The notes under the pieces are model-generated. The model saw nothing but the letters and a program-made list of their open reading frames with translations, searched no databases and had not been told where the DNA came from. A stretch of DNA of 64,000 nt from Welwitschia mirabilis (lineage: Eukaryota), in contig JBOZIK010000001.1 in NCBI GenBank assembly GCA_051453625.1, forward strand, positions 12,371,463 to 12,435,462, given 5' to 3'. Shown here piece by piece: positions 52,207 through 64,000 of this stretch; positions within the stretch are counted from its first letter, which is position 1, and every line of letters begins with the position of its first letter. The position numbers and the translations under genes are program-made.

Positions 52207-54004
52207 TGTTGCTATGCGTATTTATGTAAATATTAGGTTCTTTATCAAATTCTATTAATCACCACAATATGCATAAATACAACACAGTAATATAGATGGG
52301 ATTAAACCTAAATGTTGTAATCCATCAAAGGCCCTAGGCAAGAAGAAATAGAATTGATTTTTATGAAGTAAAGGTTGAAAATGAAAATCAACAATTCAAG
52401 AAAAGTAAATACATAATGCAATGAAATTAAATCTAATCTAAACGCAACATCTCTCTGACTACCAAATTTCTATTACCAAGATCAACTCTATATAACCTAG
52501 ATTAATTAAGAAAACTATCACTAACTAAGACCAAACTAGGGTATTAAGTACATCAAACAAAATATTAAAAACATATAATTATTAATCTATAAAATATAAA
52601 ATGCAATGCAAGTTCCTAAAATAATGATTTCAATCTTAAAAAAGATTGGTCTTAATGATCTATATCACAATTAAAGCTATTATGAAATCATAGTAACATA
52701 AACCATAAGGGACATGCACATGAATATATTAAAACTAAAAGAATATTTTCATATTAAGTCGAATCAACATCCTATTACAAAGTAGCAATACCTTAATGAA
52801 GAAGACATAACCCACCATCAACGAAGACTCCTCTCTACAACTAATGGAAAGACCTCTAATCCTTCAATTTCCTATCTAAGAATTTATAATGCAACAAAGA
52901 TGATCAAAGTTAAGGATGAAGGAAATATTTATTGATAATAATAGGCTAAGAAATAAACAATCCTAATATATGTAATTAAAACCCTAATGGTATATGGAAA
53001 TTTCATGACATATTACACAAGTAAGGTAAAGTTTGATACATTGATTAAAAATAGTGGTCATCCTAGTTATCGTCTGGATGATGGTGGGGNNNNNNNNNNN
53101 NNNNNNNNNNNNNNNNNNNNNNNNNNNNNNNNNNNNNNNNNNNNNNNNNNNNNNNNNNNNNNNNNNNNNNNNNNNNNNNNNNNNNNNNNNNNNNNNNNNN
53201 NNNNNNNNNNNNNNNNNNNNNNNNNNNNNNNNNNNNNNNNNNNNNNNNNNNNNNNNNNNNNNNNNNNNNNNNNNNNNNNNNNNNNNNNNNNNNNNNNNNN
53301 NNNNNNNNNNNNNNNNNNNNNNNNNNNNNNNNNNNNNNNNNNNNNNNNNNNNNNNNNNNNNNNNNNNNNNNNNNNNNNNNNNNNNNNNNNNNNNNNNNNN
53401 NNNNNNNNNNNNNNNNNNNNNTACAAAGTAGCAGTACCTCAATGAAGAAGACATAACCCATCATCAATGAAGAATCCTCTCTACAACTAATGGAAAGACC
53501 TCTAATCCTTCAATTTCCTATCCAAGGATTTCTAATGCAATAAAGATAATCAAAGTTGAGGATGAAGGTAATATTTATTGATAATAATAGGTTAAGAAAT
53601 AAACAATCCTAATAGATGCAATTAAAACCTAATGGTATATGGAAATTACATGACATATTACACAAGTTAGGTAAAGTTTGATACATTGACTAAAAATAGT
53701 GGTCATCCTAGTTATTATTTGGATGATGGTGGGGATGACGCCATGTTTAAAGAGTTCTATGTCTAGACTTCATGTTAGTCTAATCAGCATCCTAGTTAAA
53801 TTGGCCTTAAAGCTCATTAATTCCTTCTTAAAATGTAAATCATCAAAATTATTTTAAAATGCCTTTAATTATATTGGTATTTGTGCATTTCTATGATTTT
53901 CTTCTTAACACTTAATAATGTTTATTTTATGCTTAAACTTGTCTAAATGATCTATAAAGCTACTTATAATACCTCATCAAAACATATAATTTGGCATCAC
54001 AATA
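52207..54004 (-). repeat. 3' LTR of element F (about 1.15 kb after removing gap and duplication)
   Basis: TGTTG...CATCACAATA, homologous to 62094-63778. Confidence 0.88.
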
Positions 54005-56108
54005 TAGCCCTCCACTTAGTCTTATTAGTTTTTGACAAAGTTAACGAACAACTGTAATTGCGAGTCAAATTGACTAAGATAGAAATACTAACTAGGTATA
54101 TATAAATTAAGTTTAGAAATCTCAACATGTAAGATAAAAACNNNNNNNNNNNNNNNNNNNNNNNNNNNNNNNNNNNNNNNNNNNNNNNNNNNNNNNNNNN
54201 NNNNNNNNNNNNNNNNNNNNNNNNNNNNNNNNNNNNNNNNNNNNNNNNNNNNNNNNNNNNNNNNNNNNNNNNNNNNNNNNNNNNNNNNNNNNNNNNNNNN
54301 NNNNNNNNNNNNNNNNNNNNNNNNNNNNNNNNNNNNNNNNNNNNNNNNNNNNNNNNNNNNNNNNNNNNNNNNNNNNNNNNNNNNNNNNNNNNNNNNNNNN
54401 NNNNNNNNNNNNNNNNNNNNNNNNNNNNNNNNNNNNNNNNNNNNNNNNNNNNNNNNNNNNNNNNNNNNNNNNNNNNNNNNNNNNNNNNNNNNNNNNNNNN
54501 NNNNNNNNNNNNNNNNATTCCTGCAAGAAAAACAAATTGTGAGTATTTTGCTATTAAGTACATGTTTTACTAAGTATTATCCATAACGTATATCACTCAA
54601 ATAATAGAGATTTAGAATTGAATTAGTACACTATAGATATGTCTCATGAAAATGTAAAAATAACACTTAAAACTTTTAAATTTTTACTCATAATATCTTA
54701 AAATATATATATCCTCTCTTCCGCAACAAGTGAATCAATACGTCCCATATTACATTAAGGTCAGACTCAATAGATCAATTATGTAAANNNNNNNNNNNNN
54801 NNNNNNNNNNNNNNNNNNNNNNNNNNNNNNNNNNNNNNNNNNNNNNNNNGGAATAGTATCTAGTGACTAAAAATAAAGGTTAAATTTAGTTTGAAAAAGA
54901 TGAAGCATGAAAATTAGAATTATCTAAAAAATATTTATGTTTCATCCATGTGGTCATTTGGATAAGAAAAAGGATGACATAGGTTTTCAAAAGATTAATA
55001 AAACATTAAATTATCAACAAAATAAGTTAAAGCTCAGATAATTTCATAGAGATTTAAGAGAAGTATCAGAAACTCTAAGAGATGAGAAATGGCTAAGAAT
55101 TGTGATAAATCAAGAAATGATAAANNNNNNNNNNNNNNNNNNNNNNNNNNNNNNNNNNNNNNNNNNNNNNNNNNNNNNNNNNNNNNNNNNNNNNNNNNNN
55201 NNNNNNNNNNNNNNNNNNNNNNNNAGGTAAATGCACTAAGCTAAGAAAGTTAAATGTGCCATGAGCTCACAATTATTAAAAAGAGTATTGAATGCATCAA
55301 AAATCAAAAATAAAATTAAAGAAAACTAAACTTGAAAATATTCAAAAGAATAGATGAGAAAAATTAGCATCATAAACTAAGGAAATTTATTTGAAAAAAA
55401 AAATTAACTTCTAAAAATAAAAATTGCAAATGAATATAAAAATTAACAAGAAAAATATTAAATGATCAAGTCCTAAGTATTTGTGATGAAAAAGAATGGA
55501 AATGATTTTGAAATACCACAGAAAACAACTAAGAAAGAAAAATGAAAATAGACAACTTAATAAAATGAAGAAAATTATGTATCTACCCTAAATTCAAGCT
55601 TTAAAAACCCTCATAGAAGAAATTATAAAATCACTTGATTAATGATGTATAACATAATGTAAAGACTCCATAAAGTATCACTTAAATAGGTAGTGATTAT
55701 GATGATACCAAGTAACTAATGTTTTCAAATAATGAGTGATAAGATCAAAAGTTTCTCAGAAATAAACTCATGTAATAGCACCCCAAAGCATACCTAAATC
55801 CTCAAAAGTGAAATGATCATATGGGAATACTATAAGCATAACAAATATAGGAAACAAGCAATGCCTTTAATGACACTAAGAACACTATTGATCTCATAGC
55901 ATTAAAGTATTTTATTTCAATCCATGATAAGGGGATTGAAACCACACTAAGAGAAGTAGGAACTTATAAAGCATAACCAATTGACCCCCTGTGGAGTTCT
56001 CATAGCTACTAATACTTCCAAAAGTTCCTCTTGGAAAAATTTACCCAAGTGCAGTAGGACATCATGAGAACCATGTATTTTAGCACAAAAACAATAGATC
56101 ATGGTTAT

Positions 56109-56111
<3 letters not shown>

Positions 56112-56170
<59 letters not shown>

Positions 56171-56171
56171 A

Positions 56172-56210
<39 letters not shown>
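56112..56210. repeat. (CT)n microsatellite
   Basis: Read directly. It explains the SLSLSL track ORF 56064-56249. Confidence 0.95.
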
Positions 56211-56212
<2 letters not shown>

Positions 56213-57799
56213 GTCTTTTGAATATTTCTTTAGAATAAATACCACATGATCATTCACTTGTAAAGACAAAGGGGAAGAAATGAAATGAAAGATATGAAAG
56301 AATACTCTTAAACAATCAAAGAATCATATCATTAAGAGAAAACACAAAAAAACAAAGCATCTTCCTTTAAAATAGAGTTTATAGACATTTGAATGTTTTA
56401 AGATTGGATGAACTTAATCCTCTTACTTTTGAAATGACCAAGTACAAGTTACTAGTCATGGTAACTCTATAAAGTAAACTATAACTCAAGTTTTAAAGAT
56501 GTTCAAGTGATAGCATGACATCCACCAAAAAAATCAACTAAGAAATAATTCAGAAAATGGTAGGATAACTTTTAAAATAATTGATTTTATCATGTTCCAA
56601 GTCTTTTAATAAGTCATGAATTTGTAATCTTGTTTATTTTTCTGAATTTCCCTAATGTTTAAATTAGAAATCTTAACTGAGCCACTAAAAATGTACTTCT
56701 AAAAGATAAGAATCTAGTCATCTAAAGATTAGTTATTTAGATATAAAAAACCAAAAATAAATGTTAAAAAAAAAATCACAAACTAAAAATAAATTTTATT
56801 TGAATCCTAAATTCTATCCATACTTTATTTACAAAAAAAAAGAAAAAGAAAAAGAAAGAAGAATTTATTTAGATTCTAAGGCATTATATTTTCTTAGAAA
56901 AATAAGAACCAAATCAAATAAAGACCAATTCTTAAAACATAATAGACACATATGCATGAAAAAGTAACATTTTGATTACACAAAGTTTATTTGCAATATA
57001 AGAGAAAAAGAAGTTATATAATTTATGGAAGAATAATCTATTATCAAATACATGATATGAATAATTCTAAATATATATTTCATCTAATGGTTGATATTGA
57101 GAATGAAAAAGATTAATAATATTATTAGAAAGCAAAAATCTTGGAGAAATATTCTTTGGATGAATGATTAAAGAAGGTTTAATCTACTAAAGAAGTTCTC
57201 TAAGTCTCAGCTTGAAGTATGAATTATCAAAGAGATAAGATTTTCTACAATTTAGAATTCCAAGATATCCCAAGTTATACCTTTAAAATTATTTATCATT
57301 AGAGGTTAAATTAAACTTAGTAGAATAGAAAAAAATGTTTCTTTGAAAATTTTTAAAAGAATGGAATGAATAAACATGAGAAGATTGTCTAACTTGGATC
57401 ATTATATTGGAAAGGATAGATTTATTTATCATTAAATTTGATTGATATTTTATGGGTTTTTCATTATTCTTCCTTTTTTCATTATTGTCATTACCCTTAC
57501 TATGTTGAATATTTTCTATATTTTTCTTATTAGTAATTGTATCTTTCATTTTTTAATTATTCTTAATTTTTAAACTAATTTTTGAATTTTTTTAAACTAT
57601 CATTCTGCTCTTGCATCTAGACCATGGGGGTGGATGATGAGACTTATAACAAAAATTTTTAATTAGGTTCGCATGTTGAAATTATTTCCTATTAATATAT
57701 TTTACTTTTCCTTGTATTGGAATTGTTTATTTTTGTTGGATTTTTGTACAAAGTTAAGTCTTGTAGCATTCTTAATTTCATGTTAACTGGGTGATGTTG

Positions 57800-60250
57800 A
57801 ACAACTAAGTTGATTTAACTATTTTTTATAAGTTTACTTCATCATCCATATCTTTTTGTGTGCATCAAAAACTCTAATATTGTATCTCTTATCTCTAATG
57901 TGACATTCCATTAATTTAGCTCATGTGTCTATAATGCAATGAGTAATTGCACAAAAGGATCTTCATAAAAGTAGTGGGTAACTTCTATCATATTATACTT
58001 TAATTACAACTACATATATAGGGTAGTGAGCTTCTTCTATTTGGATGAGTAAGTTTTTAATAATTTTCAAAGATTTCCTAATTGTAGTATCAGCCAATTC
58101 TAATATGATTTATGTAGGTTTAATTCTTTCTTCTAATCCAAATCTTTTACAAATGTGAAGAGGCGTGACATTTACACTTGCTCTTACGTCAATTAAAGAC
58201 TTTCTAATTTTCTTATTTTCTTCTAAAGTAACACTCACTGTTGATGCCCCAGGGTCTTTAAATTTAGGTGATCTTTGTATAACTAAGTTGGAAATATATT
58301 GAGTAAGAAAGACTCTACTAGGGATAGTACATTTTTGTTTTCTTCTAAGTAGGTCCTTTTTCAATTTAGCATATTTAGGATTTTCTTGCAAGATTTTTAA
58401 AAAGGGAGAGTTGTTATTATCATCTTTCATTAAGTGCTCATCAGAGTTAGGATTTCTATTAATCTAAGGGATATCTTGTCTTTTTCTTTTATTCTTTTGT
58501 GAAGGCTCATCTAAAGTTCAAGGGAAAGTATAAGTTTTTAAGATTTCTAGATCATCTTTTTCCTCATATTTATCATCGTTTTTAGAAGTTGAAGCCTCAT
58601 GAATAGGTGGTATTACATCAATTATTTTATAATTCCTTTTTATTTCATTTGAATCTAGAAAAGTTTGAGTTGCAATATATCCTTGTCTTCTTTAAAAAGA
58701 AAACACTGTTTATTGAAACACATTTAATAAATTTCTAATGTTTGTATTGTTTTTTATTAATTATTTTANNNNNNNNNNNNNNNNNNNNNNNNNNNNNNNN
58801 NNNNNNNNNNNNNNNNNNNNNNNNNNNNNNNNNNNNNNNNNNNNNNNNNNNNNNNNNNNNNNNNNNNNTGTTTCTATTAGTTTTTATTAATTCTTTTATA
58901 ACTAGTTACTTCTGATTTTGTTGAGAATTTGAGGGGCTTGATTGAAAATTATTTGGTTGGAATCTTAAATTATTGATTATATTTTCAGAAGATTTTCAAT
59001 TATTTTATCCTCTCATTTCTTTTTAATATTGCATTTGATTTTGAGAATTTGAAGGCCTTTAGTTAAATGCACATAATTCTTTAAGTATTTTCTCTTTACA
59101 TCTTGATAATAAAGGACATTCTTCTATTACATAAGAGTTATCCTTACATATATCACATGTTGATGTTATGTTTTTATCATTTGATATTTTTTCATCTATA
59201 ATCATTTGAGTGTATTTATCCAAAGAAATAGTGAAATTCTTAATTATATTTATTGAATTATTTTGAACTTCCTCCTTATCATGTTTTTCTTCTTTTAAGT
59301 TTTTTATCATTTCACCTATAATGTAATTTTCTTTAAAAGTTGGTTTAGGCCAAGTTTGACTAATTTCAAATAGGATCTTCTAATAACATTCATGTATTTT
59401 CTAATCCCAAGATCATCAAGTTGCCACCAAACAAAAAATCTACAAGTTATTTAGTTTCCCTATTCAATCCACTATAAAGATAATCTATTAATTTTTTTTA
59501 GGGAATCCATTAATAGGATTGAAATGAGTAGCTATAATAAATCATTCATACGTNNNNNNNNNNNNNNNNNNNNNNNNNNNNNNNNNNNNNNNNNNNNNNN
59601 NNNNNNNNNNNNNNNNNNNNNNNNNNNNNNNNNNNNNNNNNNNNNNNNNNNNNAATCTATTAATAGGATTGAAATGAGTAGCTATAATAAATCATTCATA
59701 TGTTGTGGCATAATTCTTATTAGATTGTTGTTGAAAGTTTGTGACATTTTTCTTCTCTTTTTCATTGTACTTTTACTCATGAATCTTTTGATAAAAGTGT
59801 CTTGTGTTTGACTCTACATTTTTAGACTTTTATGAGGTATAGTTTTTAAGCCAAAATTTCACACTAATCCCTAATTGTAATAGGTAAAGTATTAATAATT
59901 TATTTTTTTCCATTTTCTAAATTGAGCACTAATTGTTCTATGTTGGTGAGATGCTGAAAAGGATCTTTATTAGATTCTCCTAAAAAGGTTAAATAAGGAT
60001 TTAAGTTTTTTAATTATACATCATCACTAGGAGGTAAGTTAAAAGGATTTTGGATTTCATGTTTTCCATGGACTATTAAGTATTTAAGTTTAATATCTAT
60101 AATTGCATTAAATGTATTTGCATTAAGATTTTTAATCATGGTTGGGGTATTAGATAATGCTACTTGCTTTTACTTTTGCATTATATTTAAGTAAGATTTT
60201 AAAAATGATCCACTTCTATACTATTACTTTCTTTTGAAAAAAATTAGATT
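57800..60250 (-). pseudogene. gag and aspartic protease of element F (5' part duplicated at about 60935-61470)
   Basis: LTFLGESNKDPFQHL (gag), CDICKDNSYVIEECP (decayed zinc knuckle, ORF 59059-59310), PKFKDPG...SLIDVRASVNV (protease, ORF 58110-58430). Confidence 0.9.
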
Positions 60251-62072
60251 CTAAATTAACAAAAGCTAAAAAGTTTCATTCAACTCTTGGAATTTTTTAT
60301 GTATTTGGGATGTGTGTTCCTAGGCTAAGTTTGATGTCGATTAAAACTTTTTTGATATTTTACTTAATCAAGCTCTACTCCCTTAGATACTTCATCTTTT
60401 TACCTAAATGTACTGTGTTCCTACATTCTTAGTGATGTTTCTACAATATCATCTCTATCATTATACAGATGATTACCTAGGTGAATACTGCAAAACATAG
60501 AAAATCAAAAACTAAATATAGAACCAAAATAAAAACTAATAGTTGTTAGCTTATGTTGCATGGACAATAGAGGAGATGATATTAATTTATTCTATGGTAG
60601 AAAACAAAAACTATGGAAAATATTAAAAAAACCCTAACCCTAGGCCATTTCCCCTTGTATCCTCTGGATAATAAGAAGGATGACAAGCATGAAAAATATG
60701 AATTGAAAAATGAAAAAAAAAGGAAAGAAAAACTATGATATTTATAGTAAAAATACAATGTTACCATAAAAAAAACCTAAATTGAAATCTAAATCAGTTA
60801 TCTGAGTAATTAAAATCCTCAAACTCCTTGTAGTNNNNNNNNNNNNNNNNNNNNNNNNNNNNNNNNNNNNNNNNNNNNNNNNNNNNNNNNNNNNNNNNNN
60901 NNNNNNNNNNNNNNNNNNNNNNNNNNNNNNNNNNCATACGTTGTGGCATAATTCTTACTATATTGTTGTTGAAAGTTTGTAACATTTTCTTCTCTTTTTC
61001 ATTATACTTTCACTTATGAATCTTTTGCTAAAAGCGTCTTGTATTTAACTCTACATTTTCAGACTTTTATGAGGTATATTTTTTAAGCCAAATTTTCACT
61101 TTGAATCCTAATTGTGATAGGAAAGGTATTAATAATTTTTTTTTTCCATTTCCTGAAGTGAGCACTAATTGTTCTATGTTGGTGAGATGTTGAAAAGGAT
61201 TTTTATTAGATTCTCCTAAAAAGGTTAAATAAGGATTTAAGTTTTTTAATTATACATCAACACTAGGAGGTAAGTTAAAAGGATTTTGGATTTCATGTTT
61301 TCTATGGACTATTAAGTATTTAAGTTTAATATCTATAATTGCATTAAATGTATTTCCATTAGGATTTTTCATCATGGTTGGGGTATTGGATAATGCTACT
61401 TGCTTTTGCTTTTGCATTGTATTCAAAATAGATTTAAAAAATGATTCACTTATATACTATTACTTTTTTTTTTAAAAAAATTAGATTCTAAATTAACAAA
61501 AGCTAAAAAGTTTTTTTCAACTCTAGGAATTTTTTATGTACTTGGGATGTGTGTACTTAGGCTAAGTTTGATGTCGATCAAACTTTTTCTGATATTTTAC
61601 TTGATCAAGCTCTCCCTTAGATAATTCATCTTTTTACTTGAATGTATTGTGTCCCTACATTCTTAATGATGTTTCTACAATATCAGCTCTATCATTGTAT
61701 AGATGATTGCCTAGATGAATACTGTAAAATATAGAAAATAGAAAACTAAATATAGAACCAAAATAAAAACTAATAGTTATTAGCTTATGTTGTTTGTACA
61801 ATAGAGGAGATGATATTGATTTATTCTACGGTAAAAAACAAAGCTATGGAAAATCTTAAAAAAACCCTAAACCTAGGATATTTCCCCCTGTGTCCTCTAG
61901 ATAATAAGAAAGATGACAAGCATGAAAAACGTGAATTTAAAAATGAAAAAAAATATGAAAAGAAAAACTATGATATTTATAGTAAAAATACAATGTTATC
62001 ATAAGAAAATACCTAAATTGAAATCTAAAGCACTTATCTAAGTAATTACAATCCTTGAACTCCTTGTAGCCT

Positions 62073-62090
62073 TCCTTAGCAATGGCGCCA
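62073..62090 (-). promoter_or_regulatory. tRNA-Asp-type primer-binding site of element F
   Basis: Minus-strand TGGCGCCATTGCTAAGGA versus Athila-type TGGCGCCGTTGCCGGGGA (4 transitions), 3 bp from the LTR. Confidence 0.88.
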
Positions 62091-62093
62091 AGA

Positions 62094-63778
62094 TGTTGTA
62101 GTGCGTATTTATGCAAATACTATGTTCTTTATTAAATTCTATTAATCACAAAAATATGCATAAGAATAACATACTAATATAGATGGAAGTGAATCTGAAT
62201 ATATCATAATCTATCAAAGACACTAAGTGAGAAGAAAGAAAATTACTTTTCACAAAGTAAAGGTTCATAATAAAAATCAACAATGCAAGAAAAGTAAACA
62301 CATAATGTAATGAAATGCAATCTAATCTAAATGCAACATCTATTTAACTACTAAATCTCTATAATTATGATAGAGCTTGTATAACCTAGATTAATCAAGA
62401 AAACTATTACTAATCAAAACCAATCTAGGCTACCAAGTATATCAAACAGAATATGAAAAACATGTAATGATTAATTTATAAAATATAAAATGTAATGCAA
62501 GTTCCTAAACTAATGATTTCAACCTTAATAAAGGTTTCCCTTGATGACCTATATCATAAATGAAGCTATCACGAAATCATAAGAAACATAAACCATAAGG
62601 GACATGCACATGAATATATCAATACTAAATAAGATTNNNNNNNNNNNNNNNNNNNNNNNNNNNNNNNNNNNNNNNNNNNNNNNNNNNNNNNNNNNNNNNN
62701 NNNNNNNNNNNNNNNNNNNNNNNNNNNNNNNNNNNNNNNNNNNNNNNNNNNNNNNNNNNNNNNNNNNNNNNNNNNNNNNNNNNNNNNNNNNNNNNNNNNN
62801 NNNNNNNNNNNNNNNNNNNNNNNNNNNNNNNNNNNNNNNNNNNNNNNNNNNNNNNNNNNNNNNNNNNNNNNNNNNNNNNNNNNNNNNNNNNNNNNNNNNN
62901 NNNNNNNNNNNNNNNNNNNNNNNNNNNNNNNNNNNNNNNNNNNNNNNNNNNNNNNNNNNNNNNNNNNNNNNNNNNNNNNNNNNNNNNNNNNNNNNNNNNN
63001 NNNNNNNNNNNNNNNNNNNNNNNNNNNNNNNNNNNNNNNNNNNNNNNNNNNNNNNNNNNNNNNNNNNNNNNNNNNNNNNNNNNNNNNNNNNNNNNNNNNN
63101 NNNNNNNNNNNNNNNNNNNNNNNNNNNNNNNNNNNNNNNNNNNNNNNNNNNNNNNNNNNNNNNNNNNNNNNNNNNNNNNNNNNNNNNNNNNNNNNNNNNN
63201 NNNNNNNNNNNNNNNNNNNNNNNNNNNNNNNNNNNNNNNNNNNNNNNNNNNNNNNNNNNNNNNNNNNNNNNNNNNNNNNNNTAAACTCAAAAATAGATAA
63301 TTCTAACAGACACAACCAAAACCATAATAGTGCATGGAAAGCACATGATACATTAACATGTTAGGTGAACTTTGGTACATTGACTAAAAATAGTAGTTAT
63401 TTTGGTTTTCATTTAGATAATGGTAAGGATGATATCACATTAAGAGAGTTCTATATTTAGCCTTCATGTTGATTCAATTAGCATCCGAATTAGCATGCAA
63501 TTGGTATTATCTGAGTTTGTCATCTAGATGATATAGGGGATGATAACCTTCTTAAGGCTTCTTATCAAGTTAAATTGGCCTTAAAGCTCATTAATTTCTC
63601 CTTAAAATGTGAAGTATTAGAATTAGTTCAAAATTATTTTATATGTATTGATATCTATGCATGTCCATAATTTTCTATTTGACTCTCAATAATCATCATT
63701 TCATGCTTATATCTATTTAAATATCCTACAAAACTACTCAAAATACCTTATAAAAATATATAATTTTGCATCACAATA
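62094..63778 (-). repeat. 5' LTR of element F (contains N-gap)
   Basis: Adjacent to the PBS. Ends ...GCATCACAATA followed by TSD GTGAG. Confidence 0.88.
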
Positions 63779-64000
63779 GTGAGGTAATATCCCTACTCTC
63801 TAGTAGTTCTTAACCTTTAAGCTAATAATGTTTTTTAGCCAAACCGTTTCTGGTCTCTAACTCCTCAACATCATTTAGGCTCTTGTCATTCAATACTTTT
63901 AAGGATCAGAATGGGATATTTCCTTATCTAATCCTTTAATATTTTAGTATCTTCAACTCTTTCTATAAGGGGGAATCCTCTTTCTTTAACTTTCAATATT

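Larger units (their letters stand above)
52207..63778 (-). mobile_element. Element F: Athila-like Ty3/gypsy element with gag and protease only (non-autonomous)
   Basis: LTR pair 52207-54004 and 62094-63778. Perfect TSD GTGAG (52202-52206 and 63779-63783). tRNA-Asp-type PBS. PPT-like AAGTGGAGGG on minus at about 54008-54017. A second copy of the left junction lies at 51399. Confidence 0.9.

Noticed and set aside
6041-63315. Long track ORFs made mostly of X
   Set aside because: They are artefacts of reading through N-gaps.

Overview
Very AT-rich, CpG-depleted eukaryotic DNA, most likely from a plant. It is a draft assembly with many N-gaps and consists almost entirely of old, nested, decayed LTR retrotransposons. 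I found no intact ORF, host gene, RNA gene or CRISPR array. From left to right: (1) the 3' half of an Athila-like Ty3/gypsy element D (+, 1-7362); (2) a Ty1/copia element G (-), split inside its RT by a full-length relative of D, element C (-, 8959-23080), which itself carries a solo-LTR-like insert; (3) an Athila-type LTR fragment; (4) two Sirevirus (SIRE/Maximus)-like copia elements, A (partial) and B (full length); (5) further LTR and accessory-ORF remnants; (6) an Athila-like element F (-, 52207-63778, TSD GTGAG) that retains gag and protease but no recognisable RT/RNase H/integrase. Three signals stand out. First, elements C and D both carry the same head-to-head pair of accessory genes between pol and the 3' LTR: an antisense ORF of about 220 codons that I cannot assign to a family, and a long sense ORF. 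Second, a conserved, hairpin-capable non-coding block lies after pol in C, D and F. Third, from about 30.4 kb onward two copies of the same locus, about 10% divergent in a hand-counted sample, are interleaved across the gaps. All alignments and translations were done by eye, and the boundaries of decayed coding regions are approximate.
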